A stretch of DNA of 64,000 nucleotides from Bacillota bacterium (GCA_024685565.1 JAIKVQ010000182.1:11672-75671); one strand, 5' to 3'. Shown: positions 6,288 through 16,151, numbered from the stretch's first letter. The notes: generated by a model not told the origin, from the sequence alone. Made by a program: numbers and translations.

Positions 6288-7808
6288 GTGAACTTTATAG
6301 AATGCTTATCTCATACAAAGGGTACATGGGCAGGTAAGCCGTTTGAACTCATCGACTGGCAGGAGCAGATTATTCGGGACATTTTCGGTACTTTGAAACC
6401 TAATGGGTATAGGCAGTTTAATACCGCATATATAGAAATTCCAAAGAAAATGGGGAAGAGCGAACTTGCTGCGGCAGTCGCTCTTTTGTTGTGTTGCGGT
6501 GACGGTGAAGAACGAGCAGAGGTTTATGGTTGTGCTGCTGACAGGCAACAGGCATCTATCGTTTTTGAAGTTGCAGCAGATATGATAAGAATGTGTCCCG
6601 CACTCAATAAGCGTGTAAAAATCCTGACTGCAACCAAGAGAATCATATATACGCCGACAAATAGTTTTTACCAAGTGCTGTCCGCCGAGGCTTATTCAAA
6701 GCACGGTTTTAATATTCATGGCGTCGTTTTCGATGAGCTACATACACAACCAAACAGGAAACTGTTTGATGTTATGACTAAAGGATCAGGCGATGCGAGA
6801 ATGCAACCGTTATACTTTCTCATAACAACAGCCGGGACAGATACAAATTCTATCTGTTACGAAACACATCAGAAGGCTATTGATATCCTTGAGGGGCGGA
6901 AAAGTGATCCTACATTTTATCCTGTGATTTACGGAGCGGCAGAAGATGATGACTGGACAGATCCTGCGGTCTGGAAAAAGGCTAATCCATCACTCGGTAT
7001 TACAGTTGGGATTGACAAAGTAAAAGCCGCCTGTGAATCTGCAAAGCAAAATCCCGCCGAAGAAAACTCTTTCAGGCAGCTTCGGTTAAACCAATGGGTA
7101 AAACAAGCGGTTAGGTGGATGCCTATGGAGAAGTGGGACAATTGTGCGTTTGCTACGGACGAGGATGAACTCTATGGGCGTGTATGCTATGGTGGACTTG
7201 ACCTTTCATCAACTACGGACATAACGGCGTTTGTGCTTGTGTTTCCTCCAATTGACGAGGAAGATAAATATGTTGTTCTGCCATATTTTTGGATACCGGA
7301 AGACAATATTGATCTTCGTGTACGGCGCGACCATGTTCCATACGATGTATGGGAGCGGCAAGGCTATCTTAAAACTACAGAGGGCAATGTGGTGCACTAT
7401 GGTTTCATAGAGAAGTTTATCGAAAGCCTCGGTGAAAGATACAACATCCGTGAGATTGCATTTGACCGATGGGGAGCGGTGCAAATGGTACAGAACCTTG
7501 AAGGTATGGGCTTCACGGTTGTTCCCTTCGGACAGGGCTTTAAGGATATGTCTCCGCCGACAAAGGAGCTTATGAAGCTTGTGCTTGAAGAGCGGATAGC
7601 ACATGGTGGGCATCCCGTTTTGCGGTGGATGATGGACAACATATACATTCGTACAGACCCTGCCGGAAACATCAAACCAGACAAAGAAAAATCGACAGAA
7701 AAAATTGACGGAGCGGTTGCAACGGTAATGGCACTTGACAGGGCGATACGCTGCGGTAACGACACATTGGAGAGCGTATATGATAACCGAGGATTGTTTA
7801 TAATTTGA
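6288..7808 (+). CDS. terL: terminase large subunit (Terminase_1-type)
   Basis: 506 aa. The HTKGTWAGKPFELIDWQ block, Walker-like IEIPKKMGKSELAA, VVFDELH, and position upstream of the portal all fit. The start is uncertain (see finding). Confidence 0.85.
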   Translation: MNFIECLSHTKGTWAGKPFELIDWQEQIIRDIFGTLKPNGYRQFNTAYIEIPKKMGKSELAAAVALLLCCGDGEERAEVYGCAADRQQASIVFEVAADMIRMCPALNKRVKILTATKRIIYTPTNSFYQVLSAEAYSKHGFNIHGVVFDELHTQPNRKLFDVMTKGSGDARMQPLYFLITTAGTDTNSICYETHQKAIDILEGRKSDPTFYPVIYGAAEDDDWTDPAVWKKANPSLGITVGIDKVKAACESAKQNPAEENSFRQLRLNQWVKQAVRWMPMEKWDNCAFATDEDELYGRVCYGGLDLSSTTDITAFVLVFPPIDEEDKYVVLPYFWIPEDNIDLRVRRDHVPYDVWERQGYLKTTEGNVVHYGFIEKFIESLGERYNIREIAFDRWGAVQMVQNLEGMGFTVVPFGQGFKDMSPPTKELMKLVLEERIAHGGHPVLRWMMDNIYIRTDPAGNIKPDKEKSTEKIDGAVATVMALDRAIRCGNDTLESVYDNRGLFII

Positions 7809-7832
7809 AAAGGAGCGGCAAATTACCGCTCC
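7806..7832 (-). terminator. terminator for the antisense abi gene
   Basis: On the minus strand GGAGCGG taatttg CCGCTCC is followed by TTTT. Confidence 0.55.
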
Positions 7833-7910
7833 AACAGACCGCCTGCAGTATTGCGCCTTTCGGCTCGCAGGAGAAGTCAATAAATACTATATGCAATTTT
7901 GATGAAATTA

Positions 7911-8780
7911 TTACAGCAAGTTTTCCCAGTCGGGATTAAATCCGTAATACTTCATATTTACAAACGGATATTTTTCTATAATGGCTTGTATTTCGGATTT
8001 CATTGAAAGGAAGTCTTCCGGTGACAAGAGGCGCTTAATAATAATTATAAATCCAAATAAATGTGCATTATCCTTTTCGCCTTTTTTATTGGTCATGAGT
8101 AGCTTTTTTTCATCACTTGATAAGTTTGGGCGTTGATCAAAAAAGCGGTTATATATTCTGCTTCCGTGTGCACACAGATTTCGCAGTATTGTCATCGAAT
8201 GCATAAGTTTTCCCAGTATGTTGCTTTTGATATTATACCTTTTGGCAACATCTATTTGCACATCATTTTTGGATATGGAATAAAGAATGGATATATCTGC
8301 TATTGTTAGTAGGTCAACATATGCCCACAAAGGCAAATCCTCGTTTAACTCCTCTATATAGTGCTTCAGATATGGCTCATCGCGAAGGCGTTTATCTTTT
8401 TGATGGTCTGCCTTTTCTATAATTTTGCTGTATTTATCACTGTCGATGAAGTTATCTTCGCATAAATAGCCGGTTGGTCCGTAAATGCGTGTGAATGTAT
8501 GTGCGTAAAGAGACTTAAACGTTACTTCGATTATTTCAAGATACTTAAGTAGAATATGTCTCAATTCATAATCAAATTCGTAAATATCTATGATATTTTG
8601 AAAAGTTGCGTTTTTATGGAATTTATCGTGAGTTCTCAATGTCAAAGAATAACCGCTGATTCGGTAATAGTTGTTATTAAGCAGAAAAGATGCCGCAGTT
8701 TCCTTGTCAGGAATGCTTAAACCGCGATTCTTGAGAATATCTATTTGCTCATCGATAGTCTTAAAGTCTTTAGTAGCCAT
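7911..8780 (-). CDS. Abi-like abortive-infection protein (Abi_2 / AbiD-AbiF family)
   Basis: 289 aa. N-terminal ...QIDILKNRGL...AASFLLNNNYYRISGY... is typical of Abi_2 proteins. AT-rich; antisense between terL and portal. Confidence 0.7.
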   Translation of the reverse strand: MATKDFKTIDEQIDILKNRGLSIPDKETAASFLLNNNYYRISGYSLTLRTHDKFHKNATFQNIIDIYEFDYELRHILLKYLEIIEVTFKSLYAHTFTRIYGPTGYLCEDNFIDSDKYSKIIEKADHQKDKRLRDEPYLKHYIEELNEDLPLWAYVDLLTIADISILYSISKNDVQIDVAKRYNIKSNILGKLMHSMTILRNLCAHGSRIYNRFFDQRPNLSSDEKKLLMTNKKGEKDNAHLFGFIIIIKRLLSPEDFLSMKSEIQAIIEKYPFVNMKYYGFNPDWENLL

Positions 8781-8854
8781 GGTAAATCACCTCATAAACA
8801 GAACAACCCCAAGTGTGCATGCTTACGCAGAGGCCTGGGGTAGATGTTACATGT

Positions 8855-8883
8855 ATAATACCACAAATATTTTGATTTGTCAA
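8855..8883 (-). promoter_or_regulatory. near-consensus sigma-A promoter driving abi
   Basis: Minus strand: TTGACA (8883-8878), 17-nt spacer, TATTAT (8860-8855). Confidence 0.6.
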
Positions 8884-8932
8884 CTATTTTTTACAATAAT
8901 CAGCACTTTGCATAAATTTAGGAGGTAGCAGT

Positions 8933-10300
8933 ATGGGAAAAATCGCAAATTTTTTCAGGTCAAGAGATAAGCCGCAAAACAGGACGGCAGGCTCTTCATA
9001 CAGTTTTTTCTTTGGCGGCACGACGGCAGGAAAGGCTGTAAACGAGATGTCCGCAATGCAGATGACAGCGGTGTATTCATGTGTCAGGATACTTGCAGAG
9101 GCTGTTGCTGGGCTTCCGCTTCACCTTTACAGATACACGAAAGCCGACAATAAGGTTAAGGCAATAGAACATCCGCTTTATCATATTTTGCACGATGAAC
9201 CGAACCCCGAAATGTCAAGCTTTGTATTCAGGGAAACCCTTATGACGCACCTGCTTCTGTGGGGTAATGCCTATGCACAGATCATCCGAAACGGCAAAGG
9301 CGAGGTGATAGGACTGTACCCTCTGATGCCGAACAGAATGTCGGTTGACCGTGACCGTGAGGGGAGGCTGTGGTACACATACACAAGGATGTCGGAGGAA
9401 GCACCGACAATGAAGGGAACAACGGTGAGACTCTATCCGTATGATGTGCTACATATACCGGGGCTTGGCTTTGACGGACTGGTCGGGTATTCGCCTATAG
9501 CAATGGCTAAAAACGCAATCGGTATGGGACTTGCCTGTGAGGAATACGGTGCGCGGTTTTTTGCAAACGGAGCAGCACCGAGCGGTGTTTTGGAGCATCC
9601 GGGAACAATAAAAGATCCGCAGAAGATCCGCGAAAGCTGGAACGCCACATTTAAAGGCTCAGGTAACGCACACAAGGTCGCAGTTTTAGAAGAGGGGATG
9701 AAGTTTTCAAGCATAGGAATTGCGCCAGAACAGGCGCAATTTTTGGAAACACGCAAGTTTCAGATAAATGAGATAGCTCGAATTTTCAGAGTGCCGCCAC
9801 ACATGGTCGGTGATCTTGAAAAGTCGAGCTTTTCTAATATTGAGCAGCAATCGCTGGAATTTGTAAAATACACTCTTGAGCCTTGGATAGTACGGTGGGA
9901 GCAGTCGATTATGCGTGTGCTTTTATCACCTGACGAAAAGCGTGAATACTTTGTGAAATTCAATCTTGAGGGACTATTAAGGGGCGATTACCAGAGCCGT
10001 ATGCAAGGGTATGCAACAGCAAGGCAGAACGGCTGGATGTCGGCAAACGATATACGGGAGCTTGAGAACCTTGACAGGATCCCTGCAGAGCTTGGTGGGG
10101 ATTTGTACCTTGTTAACGGGAATATGAAAAGACTGCAGGATGCGGACTTGGCAGATAGTATCCCAAGCTATAACGGAGAAAAGGAGGATGACGATGAAAA
10201 CGAAAAAGATGAGGAAGTTTTGGAACTGGACGAAAAACGAGGAGACGGGGGAGCGGATCCTTCGACTGAACGGAACAATCGCAGAGGAAAGCTGGTTTGA
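8933..10300 (+). CDS. portal protein (HK97 family)
   Basis: 455 aa. MQMTAVYSCVRILAEAVAGLPLHLY-type N-terminal block, size and position. The 3' end overlaps the protease gene by about 107 nt. Confidence 0.85.
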   Translation: MGKIANFFRSRDKPQNRTAGSSYSFFFGGTTAGKAVNEMSAMQMTAVYSCVRILAEAVAGLPLHLYRYTKADNKVKAIEHPLYHILHDEPNPEMSSFVFRETLMTHLLLWGNAYAQIIRNGKGEVIGLYPLMPNRMSVDRDREGRLWYTYTRMSEEAPTMKGTTVRLYPYDVLHIPGLGFDGLVGYSPIAMAKNAIGMGLACEEYGARFFANGAAPSGVLEHPGTIKDPQKIRESWNATFKGSGNAHKVAVLEEGMKFSSIGIAPEQAQFLETRKFQINEIARIFRVPPHMVGDLEKSSFSNIEQQSLEFVKYTLEPWIVRWEQSIMRVLLSPDEKREYFVKFNLEGLLRGDYQSRMQGYATARQNGWMSANDIRELENLDRIPAELGGDLYLVNGNMKRLQDADLADSIPSYNGEKEDDDENEKDEEVLELDEKRGDGGADPSTERNNRRGKLV

Positions 10301-11015
10301 CGATGATGTAACGCCTAAAGCTTTTGAAACCGAGCTTGAGGCAGAAACAGGCGATGTTGTCGTGTGGATAAACTCGCCGGGCGGAGACTGTTTTGCAGCA
10401 AGCCAAATATATAATATGCTGCGAGAGCATGACGGAAAAATCACAGTAAAAATTGACGGCATAGCGGCATCTGCTGCATCGGTTGTCGCTATGGCGGGAG
10501 ACAGTGTATATGTTTCACCAGTGTCTATGCTTATGATCCATAACCCACTGACAGCAGCCTTTGGCAATGCCGAGGATATGCAAAAGGCGATTGATATGTT
10601 AGAGAGCGTAAAAGACAGTATTGTAAATGCTTATGAACTGAAAACAAGACTTTCCCGCTCAAAAATATCGCATCTCATGGATAATGAAACTTGGATGGAC
10701 GCATATAAGGCGGTAGAGCTTGGCTTTGCCGATAAGGTTATGTATGCGGAAGACCAAGAAGATGAAGATGATGAGCAGGGAAAAACAACAGCTATGCTGT
10801 TTTCGCGCAGGGAGATTTCAAACAACTTCATAAACAAGGTTACGGAACATTTCAAAGGTCAGGCGGAAGATCCAAAACCCGAACCTGAACCCATTCCCGA
10901 ACCGGCAAATGAACCTAAACCGAAGGAAGAAGAAAAGCAAACAGAACCTGAGGCGGAGGGGCGCTCCGTCGATGAACTTATGAAGCGCCTGGAGCTTATA
11001 AAAAAACACATTTAA
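10194..11015 (+). CDS. ClpP-family (S14) prohead protease with Pro/Glu-rich C-terminal tail
   Basis: INSPGGDCFAASQIYNML...IDGIAASAASVVAMAGD. ATG 10194 follows AAGGAGG. Confidence 0.85.
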   Translation: MKTKKMRKFWNWTKNEETGERILRLNGTIAEESWFDDDVTPKAFETELEAETGDVVVWINSPGGDCFAASQIYNMLREHDGKITVKIDGIAASAASVVAMAGDSVYVSPVSMLMIHNPLTAAFGNAEDMQKAIDMLESVKDSIVNAYELKTRLSRSKISHLMDNETWMDAYKAVELGFADKVMYAEDQEDEDDEQGKTTAMLFSRREISNNFINKVTEHFKGQAEDPKPEPEPIPEPANEPKPKEEEKQTEPEAEGRSVDELMKRLELIKKHI

Positions 11016-11030
11016 AGGAGGATTTATATT

Positions 11031-12227
11031 ATGACAATTTTGGAACTGAGAGAAAAGAGGAATAAAACATGGGAAGCGGCAAAATCGTTTCTCGACACGC
11101 ACAGAAATGAAAAAGGAATTCTATCTGCGGAGGACGATGCCACCTATTCCAAAATGGAAAAGGACATCGAGGACCTTGGCAAAGAAATTGCAAGGTTAGA
11201 GCGGCAGGCGGCGCTTGATGCTGAAATGGCAAAGCCTGTGGGCGAGCCTATCAAAAACGCTCCTGCAGGCACAAATTCTGAAAAAACGGGAAGAGCGCAA
11301 GATGAGTATAAAAAGAATTTCTGGAACGCTATGCGCACGAAGGCACCGGAGCGGAGCGTTATAAACGCTTTGCAGGTCGATGCCGATACGGAAGGCGGAT
11401 ATCTTGTCCCTGATGAGTATGAGCGTACTCTGATTGACGGGCTTAAGGAAAACAATATACTCCGTGAGCTTGCACATGTGATCACAACGGGCGGTGGCGA
11501 CAGAAAAATTCCCGTAGTCGCTTCTCACGGCAGTGCATCTTGGCTTGATGAGGAGGGTGCATACACCGAAAGTGACGATTCATTCGGTCAGGTAACACTC
11601 GGAGCGTATAAGCTCGGTACTATGATAAAGGTATCGGAGGAGCTTCTGCACGATAGTGTATTTGATTTGGAAGGATACATATCCACCGAATTTGCGAGAC
11701 GTATTGGTAATGCCGAGGAGGACGCATTCTTAAACGGCAACGGAACAGGTAAGCCACTTGGAATATTGAGCAATACGGGCGGCGCACAAATCGGACTTAC
11801 GAGTGCTGCGGCTGCGGCAATCACCAGTGATGAGTTGATATCCCTTTACCACAGCCTTGCTGTTCCGTACCGTAAACAGGCGGTATGGCTTATGAATGAC
11901 TCTACTGTTCAGGCAATACGCAAGCTAAAGGACGGTACAGGTCAGTATTTGTGGCAGCCGTCTCTTGTATTGGGTGCTCCTGACACTATTTTTGGTGTAC
12001 CCGTAAAGGTGTCAAGGTATATGCCGGAGCTTGGAGCGGGGAACAAGACGATAGCATTTGGTGATTTCTCATATTACTGGATTGCAGACCGTGAAGGCAT
12101 ATCCTTCCTGCGCCTCGATGAGCTGTTCAGAACTACTGGACAGATCGGATTCAGAGGCTCAAAGCGTGTTGACGGAAAGCTCATCCTTCCCGAAGCAATA
12201 AAAGTATTAAAGCAGAAGGCATCGTGA
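11031..12227 (+). CDS. major capsid protein (HK97 fold) with N-terminal coiled-coil delta domain
   Basis: 398 aa. DTEGGYLVPDEYERTLIDGL...ILRELAHVITT block. Position after the protease. Confidence 0.85.
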   Translation: MTILELREKRNKTWEAAKSFLDTHRNEKGILSAEDDATYSKMEKDIEDLGKEIARLERQAALDAEMAKPVGEPIKNAPAGTNSEKTGRAQDEYKKNFWNAMRTKAPERSVINALQVDADTEGGYLVPDEYERTLIDGLKENNILRELAHVITTGGGDRKIPVVASHGSASWLDEEGAYTESDDSFGQVTLGAYKLGTMIKVSEELLHDSVFDLEGYISTEFARRIGNAEEDAFLNGNGTGKPLGILSNTGGAQIGLTSAAAAAITSDELISLYHSLAVPYRKQAVWLMNDSTVQAIRKLKDGTGQYLWQPSLVLGAPDTIFGVPVKVSRYMPELGAGNKTIAFGDFSYYWIADREGISFLRLDELFRTTGQIGFRGSKRVDGKLILPEAIKVLKQKAS

Positions 12228-12238
12228 GGTGAGCCATT

Positions 12239-12691
12239 ATGAAAATACGGATCTTACAGGGTTGTAGTGGTTTGGATTTTTCTTTCGGTCAGTCTTTTGT
12301 GGCGGAGGTCAATGACGAAATAGGCAATGACCTAATAAACGGTGGACTTGCAGAGCTATATATAGACCAGGAAGAACCTGCGTCCGAGGGTGGATCCGGA
12401 ATAGAATTGTTTTCTGTAGAGGTAGGTGAGAGCAGAATGCTTGAATTAAGTGATGTTAAGGAATACTTGCGTATAGACCATGATGCAGAGGACGGATACT
12501 TGTCCGTCCTCATACTTTTGGCAAAGGAACTGTGTGAGAACTACTTAAGAACTGAACTCCCTGTTAATAACGAATCGGTAAAACAGGCAGAACTTCTGGT
12601 AGTGTCACATTTCTTTGAAGATAGGAGCGGCGGAGCGGTTCCTGATGCAGTATATAGGCTTTTGGATGCATACAGGAACGAGGTGTTTTAG
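12239..12691 (+). CDS. head-tail connector (gp6-like) protein
   Basis: LSDVKEYLRIDHDAEDGYLSVLILLAKELCENYL motif. The first ~66 aa lie outside the recognisable domain; an alternative start is the ATG at 12437. Confidence 0.65.
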   Translation: MKIRILQGCSGLDFSFGQSFVAEVNDEIGNDLINGGLAELYIDQEEPASEGGSGIELFSVEVGESRMLELSDVKEYLRIDHDAEDGYLSVLILLAKELCENYLRTELPVNNESVKQAELLVVSHFFEDRSGGAVPDAVYRLLDAYRNEVF

Positions 12692-12694
12692 ACA

Positions 12695-13186
12695 ATGAAC
12701 TTCTCGAAACTGCGACACAGAATTATTTTCCTACGCCCAACGGACGAAACGGAAAACTCTATGGGTGAAATCGTGCCGAGATATAAGCCGTTTAAGCCGT
12801 ATCTGCCACTTGAACTGCAGGTCGAAGTTGGGCGTGTATATCTTTCGCATGATACGGACGGCAATGCCGTGCTTTTATATGATGACGGACAGCCGTTTGC
12901 ACATAAGCTCGCATTAAAGGAATATTCCGTCGCGGCTTTAGTTTCACCTATGTCAGGCAGAGAGTATGAGGAGAGTCAGAAAATACGGGCTGAAACCACA
13001 TACAAGATAGCTACACGGTTTTTTAAAGGAGTAAACCAAATGCATCGCATTTTGTATAACAACCGTGAATTTGAAATAGTGTCTGTGCTTGACCTTGGCG
13101 GAAAGCATGAGGAACTGCAAATTATCGCTGCCGAAAAGGAAAAGGTAACAGCACAGAATTTAAGAGGCGAGGATTATGACGGATAA
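12695..13186 (+). CDS. head closure / head-tail adaptor protein
   Basis: MNFSKLRHRIIFLRP... N-terminus and gene order. Confidence 0.55.
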   Translation: MNFSKLRHRIIFLRPTDETENSMGEIVPRYKPFKPYLPLELQVEVGRVYLSHDTDGNAVLLYDDGQPFAHKLALKEYSVAALVSPMSGREYEESQKIRAETTYKIATRFFKGVNQMHRILYNNREFEIVSVLDLGGKHEELQIIAAEKEKVTAQNLRGEDYDG

Positions 13187-13643
13187 AGACGGAACCTTCG
13201 GATTTGAGGACTTGGAGCGGGCATTCAAGAAGACTGTTTCAAAATTTGACAGCAAGAGCGATGCAATGCTTATGGCGATGACAAATGTTGCACGCGCCCG
13301 TGTTCGTGCGAACACTCCAACAAATAGGACCAATAAGCTAAAAGGTTCATGGCGTACCAAAAAGCCGAAGGTTTACGGCAAAGCTCGTGTTGCACGAATA
13401 CAGTCGCAAAACCGTTATGCCCATACTGTAGAGGAAGGTCACAATATAGTGTCCGGCGGCGCAACAGTCGGCAGAAATGGCAGGAGACTTAACATAGTGC
13501 AGCAAAGGGTGCGCGGCATTTCAGTCGGCGGCAGGACAAGACCTGTAAAAATGATAGAAAAATCTATGAAAGAGCTGAAATCTGCATTCGGGAAGAATGC
13601 GGAAAAGCTCCTCGATGAACTGACAAGGGAGGTGCAGCTTTGA
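13176..13643 (+). CDS. HK97 gp10-like neck protein
   Basis: Size, basic composition and gene order after the head closure protein. Confidence 0.5.
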   Translation: MTDKDGTFGFEDLERAFKKTVSKFDSKSDAMLMAMTNVARARVRANTPTNRTNKLKGSWRTKKPKVYGKARVARIQSQNRYAHTVEEGHNIVSGGATVGRNGRRLNIVQQRVRGISVGGRTRPVKMIEKSMKELKSAFGKNAEKLLDELTREVQL

Positions 13644-14077
13644 TCACTCCAAAGGACATACAAACGGCGGTATGCACAAGGTTAAAAGAAAACGGTTATA
13701 CGGTATTTGCGACAGAGGTAAAGGAGGGCTTTCAAAAGCCCGCCTGCTTTGTCGGCGTGTTTCCCGTTTCGGTTGAGCTTCAGAACGCAAATATTGAGCT
13801 TGTTACAAGCAGTGTTGTTATTTCATATTATCCGATGCTTGAAACAAGGGAGGAGCTTGTAACCAATGCAGGGAAAATAAAGAACATTTTTCTATACAGC
13901 CCTCTGCATTTAGGGAACAGATTCCTTAATGTGAACGCTATAACCTTTGATGCCGAGGACTCTGCACTTTTAGCGCAGTTTGATATTGAATACCTGCAGG
14001 AAACAAACAGGGAAACGGAAAAGCTTCCGATGATGGAAAAATATTCAGAAAGGACAATGAGTTATGGGACTTCCTAA
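13640..14077 (+). CDS. tail completion/terminator-position protein
   Basis: Gene order immediately before the sheath. TTG start 5 nt after GGAGGTG. Confidence 0.4.
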   Translation: MITPKDIQTAVCTRLKENGYTVFATEVKEGFQKPACFVGVFPVSVELQNANIELVTSSVVISYYPMLETREELVTNAGKIKNIFLYSPLHLGNRFLNVNAITFDAEDSALLAQFDIEYLQETNRETEKLPMMEKYSERTMSYGTS

Positions 14078-15119
14078 AATACTGATAGAATTCAAAACGC
14101 TTGCAGAAACCATAATCAAAAGAAGCGAGCGCGGTATTGTTGCCGTTATTCTAAGGGATAACAGCAATGTTAAAACAAGCTATACATTTCTAAATGAGAG
14201 CGAAATCGTGAAAAGTCATTTTACGGCAAATAACCTGTCGTATCTGCACCTTGCATTTTTAGGCTCGCCACAAAAGGTGATAGTTGAAAGAATAGGTACA
14301 GAGGATACTCTTGATGCTGTACTTGAAAGGCTGAAGGTTAAGAGGTGGAACTATCTTACCATGCCGGACGCGACGCAAAATGAAATGGCAGAGCTTTCCG
14401 ATTTTGTAAAGACCGAGAGAGATACCTTTCATAAGACTTTCAAGCTGGTAGGGGCAAATATATCGGCAAACCATGAAGGGGTTATAAACTTTACTACGGA
14501 GGATATTAAGGTTGAGAACAAAACATACACTGCAGAAGGCTTTTGTCCCCGTATTGCGGGTATTCTTGCGGGACTGCCCGTCAACAGAAGTGCTACATAT
14601 TATGTGCTTGACGAGGTTGAGACTATCGCCGAATCTACCACTCCCGATGCGGATATAGACAGCGGTAAACTCATTTTGGTAAACGACGGCACAAAAATAA
14701 AGATAGGCCGAGGCGTGAACTCTCTGACAGCCGTAACCGACGAGAAGGGCGAGGACTTTAAGAAGATAAAAATCGTCGAGGCAATTGATATTATTCGGGA
14801 CGATATTTCCTCCACCTTTGAAAATGATTTTGTCGGTAAAATTGAAAACTCCTATGATAACAAGGTGCTGTTCGTTGCTGCAGTCAATAAGTATTTTAAA
14901 GAACTTGTATCACAGGGAGTTTTGTATGACAAGTTTGACAACAGGGTAGAAATCGATATAGAAGCAAACCGTGCTTGGCTTTCGGAGCGGAAGGATATAT
15001 CCGATTGGGACGATGAACAGATAAAGAACGCAAACACAGGCACAAATGTGTTTGTAAGGGCAAACATACAGGTTCAGGACGCAATTGAGGACCTGAACTT
15101 CAAGGTATTTATGGAGTAA
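14064..15119 (+). CDS. contractile tail sheath protein
   Basis: 351 aa. MGLPKILIEFKTLAETIIKRSERGIVAVILRD N-terminus is typical of clostridial myophage sheaths. Followed by an XkdM-like tube gene. Confidence 0.7.
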   Translation: MGLPKILIEFKTLAETIIKRSERGIVAVILRDNSNVKTSYTFLNESEIVKSHFTANNLSYLHLAFLGSPQKVIVERIGTEDTLDAVLERLKVKRWNYLTMPDATQNEMAELSDFVKTERDTFHKTFKLVGANISANHEGVINFTTEDIKVENKTYTAEGFCPRIAGILAGLPVNRSATYYVLDEVETIAESTTPDADIDSGKLILVNDGTKIKIGRGVNSLTAVTDEKGEDFKKIKIVEAIDIIRDDISSTFENDFVGKIENSYDNKVLFVAAVNKYFKELVSQGVLYDKFDNRVEIDIEANRAWLSERKDISDWDDEQIKNANTGTNVFVRANIQVQDAIEDLNFKVFME

Positions 15120-15137
15120 AAAGGGGGATAAACGGCT

Positions 15138-15578
15138 ATGGCAGTAAAACCAACCGCACCTCGCGTGATGAACGGCAAGTGGGGCATGGTCTACTTGGAC
15201 GGTGAACCTGTCTATGAAACCGACTCATACGAGGCGAAAATAACCATTGAGCGTGAGGATGTAGACTTCATAGGACAAATGGCAAAGGACTCAAAGATGA
15301 CAGGATTAACAGGTGAATGGAGCCTTAAAGTCAAGAAGGTCTTTTCACGCGGTGCGCAACTTTTGTCCGAGAAAATAAAAAAAGGGCAGGATGTGCGTAT
15401 TCAGATTATTTCTAAAATTGATGATCCCGATGCTTATGGTTCGGAGCGGCTCGTAATTGAGAATGCGTGGTTCAATGGACTCACACTTCAAAAATTCGAG
15501 AATTCAAAAATCATTGATGAGGAATTTTCGGGCGGCTTCACAGACTACTACTTCCCTGATTTAGTAAAGGTTAGATAA
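15138..15578 (+). CDS. tail tube protein (XkdM-like)
   Basis: 146 aa. ...MNGKWGMVYLDGEPVYETDSYEAKITIERED... pattern and position. Confidence 0.7.
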   Translation: MAVKPTAPRVMNGKWGMVYLDGEPVYETDSYEAKITIEREDVDFIGQMAKDSKMTGLTGEWSLKVKKVFSRGAQLLSEKIKKGQDVRIQIISKIDDPDAYGSERLVIENAWFNGLTLQKFENSKIIDEEFSGGFTDYYFPDLVKVR

Positions 15579-15588
15579 GGAGGATATC

Positions 15589-15981
15589 ATGAGTAACGCT
15601 ACTAAAATCACATTAAAAGAGCTTATGGCACGTAAGGCGCAAATGCTCGAAAGTAAAAAGACCCGCAAGACTAAAGAACTTTATGTCTCTTCATTGGACG
15701 GGACTATAACCATAACCGAACCGTCAAGGGAAATAATCCTCGAAGCGAGCGGTATGGAGGATAACAAGGGTGATGTATATACAGTTTACCAATGTGTCAC
15801 CGAACCGAACCTAAAAGACCGAGAACTACAAAAAGAATTTGAGTGTGTGGAGCCTATGGAGATAGTTGAGAAGGTATTTTCAGCAGGCGAAATTACGAAT
15901 ATAGCACTCAAATGTATCGAGCTTGCGGGGTACGGACAAGACTCGGTTAAAGAACTCGTAACAGAAACAAAAAACTCATAA
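15589..15981 (+). CDS. tail assembly chaperone (XkdN-position), zero-frame product
   Basis: 130 aa between tube and TMP. Ends ACA AAA AAC TCA TAA. Confidence 0.6.
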   Translation: MSNATKITLKELMARKAQMLESKKTRKTKELYVSSLDGTITITEPSREIILEASGMEDNKGDVYTVYQCVTEPNLKDRELQKEFECVEPMEIVEKVFSAGEITNIALKCIELAGYGQDSVKELVTETKNS

Positions 15982-16148
15982 AAGCAGATGATGAACTGTA
16001 TATGATACACCATTATCTGCAGCGTGGTTTTTCTGACGAGTATATATTAAACCTCAATACAGAACAGAAGTATTTTTATTTAGCGAGTATGCTTCTGTTT
16101 TTTGAGGAGGAACAAGATAAAATTAAGGCTATGACGGGAGGTGTCTGA
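15969..16148 (+). other. programmed -1 ribosomal frameshift site (A_AAA_AAC) and -1-frame extension of the chaperone
   Basis: Canonical slippery heptamer at 15969-15975, 4 nt before the zero-frame stop. The -1 frame stays open for 57 codons (KKLIKADDELYMIHHYLQRGFSDEYILNLNTEQKYFYLASMLLFFEEEQDKIKAMTGGV) and stops at 16146-16148, 3 nt before the TMP start. Confidence 0.65.
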
Positions 16149-16151
16149 TAT

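Noticed and set aside
8933-10300. Portal gene 3' end overlapping the protease gene by ~107 nt as a sign of a frameshift or error
   Set aside because: Both frames are intact and the portal tail is a plausible acidic, disordered C-terminus. Overlaps of this kind occur in phage head modules, and there is no positive evidence for an error.
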